The position numbers and the translations under genes are program-made. From an uncultured Moorellales bacterium (GTDB lineage Bacteria; Bacillota; DULZ01), in NCBI GenBank assembly GCA_964500905.1, contig CAZCQT010000001.1, positions 1 through 26,412 on the forward strand: a stretch of 26,412 nucleotides of DNA. Reading direction: 5' to 3'. How positions within the stretch are numbered: the stretch's first letter is position 1; the number at the start of each line of letters is the position of its first letter. The notes below the pieces were generated by a model that saw only the letters and a program-made list of their open reading frames with translations, did not search any database and was not told where the DNA came from. Below, one piece after another: positions 8,417 to 16,055 of the stretch.

Positions 8417-10336
8417 TTACCTACTTCCCATTGATCTTTTGATTAGCATTTTATTGCTGTTCTTTTTGCTTGATACAATCTCCACCTTAAACCCTTTGCG
8501 ACTTTGACTGACAGTTGCCGCCATGAAACCGAAAAACATTGTCGCCCAAACTACGGCGGTTATCAACACCCCTGTCAATACCCCCGCCCAAGCAGGCCAT
8601 AACAAGGGCCTGGTAATGAGGTACAGCCCATAGGTAATAATTGAGATAAATCCCCATTCAAAAGCAACAGGGGGGAGTTGCTCTATAAGAGAAACCAACT
8701 CGATGGGCCGGGTAATTATTAAAATTCCCACTGATAAAAACAGGATAAAAATAAGATTAATCAAATACATCACCAAGGAGGCCCCCGGTGCGATCCTCTG
8801 GTGTGGATTTTCCGGATTAAAGCGACTATTATTGATGGAATAAAACAGGCCGACAGCACTGGAGCCAAGGGATAAAAAGATAGCCCCGCTTGCAAGGGCA
8901 AGCAGCACGGGAAAACTAAAGCCAATAGCTATGCCGCTTCCTACCAATAAGACTTCCATTAAAATTAAAGTCGGCAAAACTGAGGCCACTAATTTGCCAA
9001 AGACCACGGGCCAGCCGGTTAAGGGCACGCTGTTTAGCAGCCAATCAGATTCCCCTTCACGACCAAAGGACTGCAAGGCCATATTGCCGCTAAACATTAT
9101 AGTGTACATCACCAAGACGGTGATTAAGGTGCTTTGAGACATATCTGATTTACCAAGGAAAAAATACTGGCCGATAAAAAATGCCATTATAATTAAGGGC
9201 ATTAAGTAGCCAAACCATTCCCTGATGTCCCGCTTTAAATAAAGCAAATCTTTTTTTGCAATGGCCCATACCCCAATAAAAATTGAGGCTTTTGCTCCGA
9301 GCTTTTCTTCCGCTTTTACTTCAGCAAATATTTTATTTAACAAGGCAGGTTCCCTACGCCGGGCAGAGGCTTGAATGTTATCGGCATTTCTCGCTTTTCG
9401 GTTGGATTTGCGGCCATGCCCCCCTTCCCCTTGGCTCAAGGAAATAAAACCTTGGCGAAAACCACGCTCGACAAAATTAAAGGCTATACCAAAGAGTAGC
9501 AGACCAAAAAACAAGGTTAAAAGGCTCCAAGCAAAGGCAGTTAACCCGTTTCCCGAAATAGAGGCAGCCAAGGCTTTGGAACCCCAGCCCCAGGGAAAAA
9601 GGTCCATTATATTTAAGAGTTGCTCGTTTCCCGTCAGCCATGAGCTGAAATCAAATTGTTCCACCCTGCCTGCCACCAAATTGGGTATTTGAAACATCAG
9701 AGCTATTATAACACCCGCCAAAGCACCTATAACTCCTACAGCTTCTCTACTGCGATGCGGAGGAATGACGCGCATCACCAGTAAATTTAACAATTCTGCA
9801 AGAGCTGTGCCGATAATTAAAAGACCAAGACTAACTAAAACAGCCGCTAGATAAAAAAGTCCGCCGGCTTGAAAAAACAATCCGTAAAATGTGGCAGGCA
9901 GTAAAACAAATAAAATAGCGGTAACTAAATTACTAATAAACACATTTAATGATTTTACAGCAAAAACAGCTTTAAGTGATACCGGTGCCATAAAAAGAAG
10001 CTCAAGATCCTCGGACATATAAAGGGAGGTAAAAGCAGCGGTAATACCAAAAAATATTTGGGCAACCATACCGCTCATAAATATTAAACTTAATAACCCC
10101 CTACCTAATTCAGGCGAAACACTTCCTATGGCACCATAAGCTAAGGAGCCCAAATAGATAACAAAACTCAACAGCCCTATTAAAGCGATACCCATAATAA
10201 TCAAATGCTTTTTAGGCAGATATCTCCACTTATTCCAAGTAACCCTTATCTGATTTTTTGTCAACAGTATCAAATCACTGGTAAAGGATTGGGACAGCGG
10301 GGGAGTCTCCAGTGGAGGCGGCAAAATGTTTTTCAT
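8417..10336 (-). CDS. Large ABC exporter permease (ABC-2-like, about 14 TM)
   Basis: ATGA overlap with the ATPase stop. Two hydrophobic halves joined by a basic cytoplasmic loop. Family-type motifs 'LELLFMAPVS', 'AKKDLLYLKRD' and 'SFGREGES'. Confidence 0.85.
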   Translation of the reverse strand: MKNILPPPLETPPLSQSFTSDLILLTKNQIRVTWNKWRYLPKKHLIIMGIALIGLLSFVIYLGSLAYGAIGSVSPELGRGLLSLIFMSGMVAQIFFGITAAFTSLYMSEDLELLFMAPVSLKAVFAVKSLNVFISNLVTAILFVLLPATFYGLFFQAGGLFYLAAVLVSLGLLIIGTALAELLNLLVMRVIPPHRSREAVGVIGALAGVIIALMFQIPNLVAGRVEQFDFSSWLTGNEQLLNIMDLFPWGWGSKALAASISGNGLTAFAWSLLTLFFGLLLFGIAFNFVERGFRQGFISLSQGEGGHGRKSNRKARNADNIQASARRREPALLNKIFAEVKAEEKLGAKASIFIGVWAIAKKDLLYLKRDIREWFGYLMPLIIMAFFIGQYFFLGKSDMSQSTLITVLVMYTIMFSGNMALQSFGREGESDWLLNSVPLTGWPVVFGKLVASVLPTLILMEVLLVGSGIAIGFSFPVLLALASGAIFLSLGSSAVGLFYSINNSRFNPENPHQRIAPGASLVMYLINLIFILFLSVGILIITRPIELVSLIEQLPPVAFEWGFISIITYGLYLITRPLLWPAWAGVLTGVLITAVVWATMFFGFMAATVSQSRKGFKVEIVSSKKNSNKMLIKRSMGSR

Positions 10337-11112
10337 TCTAAATTTCCCCCCAAGCTTTTAAGTAACTCATCATCCTCTTGACTCGCCGTAAGGTCAAGGA
10401 ATATATCCTCCAGGCTTTCCCCTGTGTGGCCAACAGTGTTTCGCAATTCCTCAGTACTACCTTGGGCAATTAATTTTCCCTGATTGAGAATACCCACCCT
10501 ATGACACATTCTTTCGGCAATCTCCAGGATATGGGTCGAAACAAAAATAGCGGCCCCTTGTTTAGCCATTTCCAACAAAACATCTTTAAGTAAACGTGCA
10601 CTGGCGGGATCAAGACCTACTGTGGGTTCATCCAACAATATTACCTTGGGTTGGTGAATAAGTGCGGAAGCCAAAACAACCTTTTGCCTCATTCCATGAG
10701 AATACCCTTCCAAAAGTTCATCCGCCCGTTCCAAAAGTCCAAACATCTCAAGCAAAGCCTCCGCCCGCTTTTTGCTTATATCCTTGGGCATACGGTAAAG
10801 GGCAGCTATGAGCTGCAAAAATTCCCATGCTGACAATTTGCCATACAATTTAGGCTGATCAGGCACATAAGCTATTAATGCTTTGGCTTGTGTCGGCTGC
10901 TTTCTAATATTATAACCACAAATAAAGGCTTCTCCTTCGCTAGGCTCCATTAGCCCTGTCAGCATTCTGATTGTAGTTGTTTTACCTGCTCCGTTGGGAC
11001 CTAGGAAACCGTAAATTTCTCCCGCTCTAACCTCCAAATTAAGCTTATTTACCACAGGAGTAGCACCATAACGCTTGGTTAATTGATGAGTTTTGATTAA
11101 AGCCTGATCCAT
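10333..11112 (-). CDS. ABC transporter ATP-binding protein (EcsA/drug-exporter type)
   Basis: Walker A GPNGAGKT, signature YSHGM, Walker B ILLDE, D-loop PTVGLD, H-loop STH. AAGGGGG RBS. Confidence 0.95.
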   Translation of the reverse strand: MDQALIKTHQLTKRYGATPVVNKLNLEVRAGEIYGFLGPNGAGKTTTIRMLTGLMEPSEGEAFICGYNIRKQPTQAKALIAYVPDQPKLYGKLSAWEFLQLIAALYRMPKDISKKRAEALLEMFGLLERADELLEGYSHGMRQKVVLASALIHQPKVILLDEPTVGLDPASARLLKDVLLEMAKQGAAIFVSTHILEIAERMCHRVGILNQGKLIAQGSTEELRNTVGHTGESLEDIFLDLTASQEDDELLKSLGGNLE

Positions 11113-11113
11113 T

Positions 11114-11314
11114 TTATTTGCCCCCTTTTTACCTTTCCTTTTTAGTTAGGCCAAGTTCCGTTCCTAACATTATTGATAATTTAGTCAATCCTTGCCTGTG
11201 TTCTTCTGTTTCCTGACTTTTAACATAAAGGGCTGCCCAATAGAAGATACAATAGCTATAGTGAAAACTTTAGCAGCTTACGATGTTTAATATGTTCTGC
11301 AGCGGCTTTGATAA
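11114..11314 (-). pseudogene. Possible degraded small membrane-protein gene upstream of the ABC ATPase
   Basis: AGGAGG at 11317-11322 is followed by a frame LSKPLQNILNIVSC*SFHYSYCIFYWAALYVKSQETEEHRQG...KKGGK*. It has an internal TAA (11270-11272), no valid start, and ends 1 nt before the ATPase start. Confidence 0.25.
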
Positions 11315-11492
11315 CACCTCCTAAACCCCTGCTCTTTCCGCTCCCTTGTGTTAAAAACCCTTGACCACTCCCCCCCAACCAATTGGCGATATTCAGGGCA
11401 ATCATCTCATTATAGGAAAGATCACGATTACCAAGCAAGCTTTCCGGATGATAGTCGGTGAGCTTATAACCTCCTTTGGGGATAAGTTCCAT
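11256..11492 (-). CDS. Short ORF of doubtful status (78 aa)
   Basis: Present in the ORF track. An internal AAAGGAGG precedes 'LTDYHPES...' without a start codon. No recognisable family. Confidence 0.2.
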   Translation of the reverse strand: MELIPKGGYKLTDYHPESLLGNRDLSYNEMIALNIANWLGGSGQGFLTQGSGKSRGLGGVIKAAAEHIKHRKLLKFSL

Positions 11493-11750
11493 CGTCTAAT
11501 GTTGATCATATTTACAACTGTAGGCTCTATCCGAAAGGTGAGAAAGCAAAGCGGATTTATGTTGGTAACCTTTTCTTGCAAGACACTTTTGTTTCTGCTG
11601 GTTATCATAGTACCCACAGGTGCTTGTTCAAAAACATTATGGTAAAGAGTCTTTTATATAGCAAGCCACAAAAATATCCAGACACATTCTTTGCCAAAAA
11701 TCTTCCCGCCATTCCTTGGCAAAGTAGCTCATCCCCGGCATAGCATTTTT

Positions 11751-11897
11751 TTATCCTAAGAGCCTTCTCTTAGTAAAAACTAAATACAAAAAAGCTATTA
11801 TTACCCCAGTAAAAATAATAGCCATAACCGTCCTGTAATATTGTGGAGTGTTTTTTAAAAAATTTGAATTTGACAGAAGCTCCTTCTACATTTCCAT
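11751..11897 (-). pseudogene. 48-codon single-TM small protein interrupted by TAG at codon 4
   Basis: AAGAGGT RBS 8 nt before the ATG. Translation MEM*KELLSNSNFLKNTPQYYRTVMAIIFTGVIIAFLYLVFTKRRLLG has a clear TM helix and a basic tail. Confidence 0.45.
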
Positions 11898-12040
11898 AGC
11901 AAAAACCTCTTGTTTAAACAGTCGACGAAGAACTATTTAAACCAAATTCCTCCAATGGAAACTTTACTAATTAGATTTGTTCCCGTTTCTTTTGATCTGT
12001 GTCTAAACCGTAGACTGCTAGGTGCTTTCTAGCTGTATAA

Positions 12041-12315
12041 ATGGGTGAGCCCACTAAAACACAGGGAAATGAAATTTTATATGGTGTAGGTGCGGTGGCT
12101 CTTCTGGGCATGCTGTTACCGAATTTTAGAAAAAAATTGGAACTGTAATGGATAGAACCGCTTTAAAAGGGGCAGGGCTCCTTGAAAAAGCTCGTTCCAT
12201 GATTGCAAGGGCTAAAGAAGACATGGAAGATCTAATCGCTGAAGCAAGTTTCAGCGAAACAACAAATTTTACCCTTTTCAGTTCAGGCCCCTATACAAAT
12301 TTTTATGCAGATTAG
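12041..12315 (+). pseudogene. Frameshifted small protein resembling DUF5132 (ORFs 12041-12148 and 12148-12315)
   Basis: MGEPTKTQGNEILYGVGAVALLGMLLPNFRKKLEL* continues in the -1 frame as MDRTALKGAGLLEKARSMIARAKEDMEDLIAEASF. The hydrophobic G-rich helix followed by 'KEDxEDLxAEA' resembles DUF5132. The stop abuts a perfect bidirectional terminator. No good RBS at 12041. Confidence 0.5.
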
Positions 12316-12350
12316 AAAAAGACAGGGGGAGGCTTCCCCCTGTCTTTTTC
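12315..12350. terminator. Bidirectional Rho-independent terminator
   Basis: Perfect 16-bp inverted repeat GAAAAAGACAGGGGGA / TCCCCCTGTCTTTTTC with a GGCT loop, between convergent stops at 12315 and 12353. Confidence 0.92.
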
Positions 12351-12352
12351 GT

Positions 12353-12559
12353 TTAGAAGCCTTTGTACTGCGGTTCCTCCAGCTCAATTTGCTGAACTCT
12401 TGTTTCTATTTGCTCTACAACCTGTTGGGTACTTTTTGCCGCATTTTCAAAAAGATTTTTTGCTTCTTTATTTTGGGTGCCCAAAGCGAATTGCTCCAGG
12501 CTGGCTTGAGCACTTTTTAAGGAAGCCAGACAAGTTTTAACATTTGATGCAATGGTCAT
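12353..12559 (-). CDS. DUF1657 family small sporulation-associated protein
   Basis: 68 aa, 'MTIASNVKTCLASLKSAQASLEQFALGTQNKEAK...EEPQYKGF'. GAGGTGA RBS. Adjacent to spoVA genes. Confidence 0.9.
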   Translation of the reverse strand: MTIASNVKTCLASLKSAQASLEQFALGTQNKEAKNLFENAAKSTQQVVEQIETRVQQIELEEPQYKGF

Positions 12560-12707
12560 TATATCACCTCATTTCGATCCATGCTGTTTTTATTATTCGT
12601 TTTAACAGAAATCTAATGAGCGGAAAACAAAGGAAGCACCCAGAAGAATTATTAATGGCAAAGGATAGAACAATATAAAAAAACCAATTAAAAAGGTGGG
12701 ATAGTTA

Positions 12708-13568
12708 GTGCCGCAGTGGATAGAAATAATAATGCGTACACTGGCAGCCATAATTGCACTCTTTCTTTTAGCTAAACTGCTCAGCAAAAAACAACTGGGC
12801 AAGCTTTCCTATTTTGAATACATTACCGGCATTGCTGTCGGTGGTATTGCCTCTGCCATTTCAATCGGTATTTGGCCAAACTGGTATTTAGGCTTCATCT
12901 CCATGTCCGTTTGGATGGGAGTAGTTGTTGGGTTAGATTATCTTAGTTTAAAAAGTAAAATTGCCAGAGATTTTATTAAAGGCAAAGGTGAAATATTAAT
13001 TAAAGACGGCAAGGTTTTAGAAGATAATTTGACAAAGGCCCGTTATACCGCTGACAACCTATTAGAGAGTTTAAGAGCAAAAAACGCCTTTGAATTTGCA
13101 GATGTTGAATTTGCAGTTTTGGAAGCGGGCGGTGAATTAAATGTTTTGCTCAAAAGAGAAAATCAACCCCTTACCTCAAAAAATTTAGGCATAAAAACAG
13201 CTAATGAGCAGGAACCACAAACTGTGATCATTGATGGTAAAATTATGGATGAACCCCTTGCCACCCTAGGCCTAAGCCGGGGTTGGCTATCAACAGAGCT
13301 TGAAAAAATAGGAGCTTCTGTTGAGAATGTCTTTATCGGACAAGTAGACACCTATGGTCAACTTAAAATAGATTGTTTTGATGATAAACTGCTGCTTCCT
13401 GAACCACAAGAAAAAGCCCAACTACTGGCAACACTTAAAAAATGTGAGGCGGATATTGAAATGTTTGGTCTGAGTAGCAAAAACAAAAATGTCAAAAAGC
13501 TGTATGGAAATTGCTCTGAAGAATTACAGGAAGTTATTGCGGCTGTACAGCCTATATTAAGCAAGTAG
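12708..13568 (+). CDS. DUF421 (YetF-like) membrane protein with C-terminal DUF1657 domain ('2Duf'-type)
   Basis: GTG start after AAGGTGG. Three N-terminal TMs, 'GKLSYFEYITGIAVGGIA', 'DVEFAVLEAGGELNVL', 'QVDTYGQL'. The C-terminal helix is visibly homologous to the neighbouring DUF1657 protein. Confidence 0.9.
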   Translation: MPQWIEIIMRTLAAIIALFLLAKLLSKKQLGKLSYFEYITGIAVGGIASAISIGIWPNWYLGFISMSVWMGVVVGLDYLSLKSKIARDFIKGKGEILIKDGKVLEDNLTKARYTADNLLESLRAKNAFEFADVEFAVLEAGGELNVLLKRENQPLTSKNLGIKTANEQEPQTVIIDGKIMDEPLATLGLSRGWLSTELEKIGASVENVFIGQVDTYGQLKIDCFDDKLLLPEPQEKAQLLATLKKCEADIEMFGLSSKNKNVKKLYGNCSEELQEVIAAVQPILSK

Positions 13569-13579
13569 GAGGTTTAAAA

Positions 13580-14065
13580 TTGTCCAATAATAAAATGAAA
13601 AAACTAACTCCTGTACAACAAGAATATCAAGAGTTGGCTTTAGATAAGGAACCTAAAAGACCTTTATTTACAAATTGCTGGCACGCTTTTGTCGCAGGGG
13701 GAACCATTTGTTTAATAGGCCAAGTGGTGCAAACGGCTTTTATTAAGTGGGCAGGGTTCGAACAAAAAGATGCAGGCAATCCCACTGTGGCTGTTATGAT
13801 TATTTTATCAACCATACTAACAATTTCAGGCGTTTACGACAAATTGGCTCAGTGGGCAGGTGCCGGTTCGGCTGTTCCGGTAACGGGCTTTGCAAACACT
13901 ATGTCCTCTGCGGCACTGGAACACAAAAGTGAGGGAATGGTTTTAGGAGTTGGAGGCAAAATGTTTAAGGTAGCGGGACCTGTTATCGTTTTTGGGACAG
14001 TCGCCGCATTTATCATAGGAATTTTACATTGGCTATTTAATCCACACATAGGGGGAATGGTTTAA
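13580..14065 (+). CDS. spoVAC: Stage V sporulation protein AC
   Basis: AGGAGG RBS with TTG start. 'AFVAGGTICLIGQ', 'GVYDKLAQWAGAGSAVPVTGFAN', 'KMFKVAGPVIVFG'. Confidence 0.95.
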   Translation: MSNNKMKKLTPVQQEYQELALDKEPKRPLFTNCWHAFVAGGTICLIGQVVQTAFIKWAGFEQKDAGNPTVAVMIILSTILTISGVYDKLAQWAGAGSAVPVTGFANTMSSAALEHKSEGMVLGVGGKMFKVAGPVIVFGTVAAFIIGILHWLFNPHIGGMV

Positions 14066-15078
14066 TGTTGAAAGGACACCAGACTTGGCTTTTTCCAAAC
14101 CAACCAACTATTATTGGCACAGCTACAGTAGTTGGGCCCTTTGAGGGGCAAGGCCCGTTAGCCAAGGATTTTGACATTATCCACGGTGATCTGTCTATAG
14201 GACAAAAAAGCTGGGAGAAAGCTGAAAGAACTCTTTTGGAAGAAGCCAACAAGCTGGCTATAGAAAATGCCGGCCTGACTAAAGAACAAATTAATTTTTA
14301 TATTGGCGGCGATCTGATGGATGAAATCATTAGCAGTAGTTTTGCTGCCAGAACCCTAGCCGCTCCTTTTTTAGGCATCTTTGGTGCCTGCTCAACAGCT
14401 ATGGAAGGACTGTCTCTTGCGTCATTAATTATTGCTTCCGATTCGGCAAACTACGTACTGGCTTCCGCTTGCAGTCATAATGCCAGTGCGGAAAAACAAT
14501 TTCGCTATCCTACCGAATACGGTGCACAAAAACCCCCTACTGCTCAATTTACCGTGACCGGATCCGGCTCCGCTGTGATAGCTAAGGCAGGAAAAGGGCC
14601 AAAGATTGTCTCGGCTACAATCGGACGAGTTGTAGATATGGGACTGAAAGACCCTTTCAACATGGGGGCCGCTATGGCACCCGCAGCGGTAGATACAATT
14701 CAAGCCCATTTCAGAGATTTGCAAATTAAGCCGAATCATTATGACTTAATAGTTACAGGTGATCTTGCTAAGGTGGGCTATGAGCTGGCTTTGGAATTAT
14801 TTAAAAAACACAACTTTCCTATTGAAAAAACTCAATATAATGATTGCGGAATGATGATTTATGATTATGAAACGCAAAATGTACAAGCCGGGGGAAGTGG
14901 CTGTGGCTGTTCAGCCGTAGTGACCTATGGTCATTTGCTTAAAAAACTTCAACAAGGAGATTTCAAAAGAATTCTGGTAGTTGCCACAGGTGCCTTGCTA
15001 TCACCATTATCCTTCCAACAAGGTGAAAGCATTCCTTGTATTGCTCACGCTGTAGCTATTGAGAGAGGAAAGGAGTAA
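14065..15078 (+). CDS. spoVAD: Stage V sporulation protein AD (dipicolinate-binding)
   Basis: TAATG overlap with spoVAC. 'VGPFEGQGPL', 'SWEKAE', 'GACST', 'FRYPTEYGAQKPPTAQFTVTG', 'GGSGCGCSA', 'IPCIAHAV'. Confidence 0.96.
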   Translation: MLKGHQTWLFPNQPTIIGTATVVGPFEGQGPLAKDFDIIHGDLSIGQKSWEKAERTLLEEANKLAIENAGLTKEQINFYIGGDLMDEIISSSFAARTLAAPFLGIFGACSTAMEGLSLASLIIASDSANYVLASACSHNASAEKQFRYPTEYGAQKPPTAQFTVTGSGSAVIAKAGKGPKIVSATIGRVVDMGLKDPFNMGAAMAPAAVDTIQAHFRDLQIKPNHYDLIVTGDLAKVGYELALELFKKHNFPIEKTQYNDCGMMIYDYETQNVQAGGSGCGCSAVVTYGHLLKKLQQGDFKRILVVATGALLSPLSFQQGESIPCIAHAVAIERGKE

Positions 15079-15085
15079 AAAATCT

Positions 15086-15436
15086 ATGGATTTTTTTTGG
15101 GCTTTTGTGATAGGGGGTTTGATTTGTGTCTTCGGCCAAATCTGCTTCGATGTTTTTAAGCTCTCGCCTGCTCACACATCTACCCTGCTAGTAGTTCTGG
15201 GTGCAATAGTAGGAGGATTGGGGCTTTATGAGCCCTTCATTGAATTCGCTGGGGCCGGCGCTTCAATTCCCATCACCAGTTTTGGTAACTCTCTAGTTAA
15301 AGGGGCCTTGGGGGAGCTGAAGATCCACGGCCTTGTCGGAGTAGTTACAGGAATTTTTGAAATTACCAGTGCAGGTATTTCATCGGCCATTATCTTTTCC
15401 TTTTTCGCTGCCTTGTTTTTTAGACCCAAGGGTTAA
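15086..15436 (+). CDS. spoVAE: Stage V sporulation protein AE (SpoVAEb type, 116 aa)
   Basis: ATG 15086 after AGGAG. 'AFVIGGLICVFGQ', 'FAGAGASIPITSFGN', 'FRPKG'. Confidence 0.93.
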   Translation: MDFFWAFVIGGLICVFGQICFDVFKLSPAHTSTLLVVLGAIVGGLGLYEPFIEFAGAGASIPITSFGNSLVKGALGELKIHGLVGVVTGIFEITSAGISSAIIFSFFAALFFRPKG

Positions 15437-15607
15437 TACGAATTTACAATAAAATAATCTTATTATATCCTAACTTGGAAATGCGATCGAAAGTCGACTT
15501 AGTATCCCATTTACTCTTATTGCCGACAACAAGCTATACAGGGTTTATCACATAAATTAGCCTATCTTGGCAACAATATTATTATCTAACAGACTAGGGG
15601 TGACCAG

Positions 15608-16033
15608 TTGAAAAGGGTAACACTGTTTTTAGGTGTCTTGTTTTTAGTAATTGTGTTTGGTGCCGGTGCAGCTGTTCGCCTGACCGAAAGTGCAGAGTTT
15701 TGCGGTTCCTGCCATATCATGAATGCCCACTATGAAACATGGGCCCACTCTTCTCATCGGGAGGAAACCAATTGCAATTCTTGCCATGTTCCCGAGGGCC
15801 TAATTGAAAAGCCCTTATACAAAGCAAAATCCGGTTTAATTGATGCTTATGTTTTTTTTATCAAGGGTTCTCCAGCCCATATTGAATTAAAGACCGACAG
15901 CCAAACAATAATTCAAGATAACTGTGTTAAATGCCACAGCACCTTCGTTAGGGAAATAACTAAGGGCGATGGGTTAAATTGCTACCATTGCCACCACTCG
16001 CCCCACGGAAAAGTTAAAAACTTGGTTTACTAA
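15608..16033 (+). CDS. nrfH: Tetraheme membrane-anchored menaquinol dehydrogenase (NapC/NirT family)
   Basis: N-terminal TM and four CxxCH motifs (CGSCH, CNSCH, CVKCH, CYHCH). Heme 1 has CxxCHxM. Directly upstream of nrfA. Confidence 0.93.
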   Translation: MKRVTLFLGVLFLVIVFGAGAAVRLTESAEFCGSCHIMNAHYETWAHSSHREETNCNSCHVPEGLIEKPLYKAKSGLIDAYVFFIKGSPAHIELKTDSQTIIQDNCVKCHSTFVREITKGDGLNCYHCHHSPHGKVKNLVY

Positions 16034-16055
16034 TAAACTGATAGTAGGTGATCCG

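Noticed and set aside
11521-11560. GGCTCTATCCGAAAGGTGAGAAAGCAAAGC resembles the GAAA-tetraloop/GCAAAGC part of a c-di-GMP-I riboswitch
   Set aside because: It lacks the upstream GGCAAA, has AAAGC instead of GACGC, has no receptor stem downstream, and has no adjacent + strand gene to control.
12008-12017. CCGTAGACTG is the reverse complement of CAGTCTACGG at 1139-1148
   Set aside because: Many 10-mer matches are expected by chance in 26 kb, and the flanks do not extend the match.
15568-15584. TTGGCA upstream of nrfH as a possible sigma-54 -24 element (similar TGGCAC at about 17389)
   Set aside because: There is no GC at the required -12 position (GG-N10-GC) in either case.
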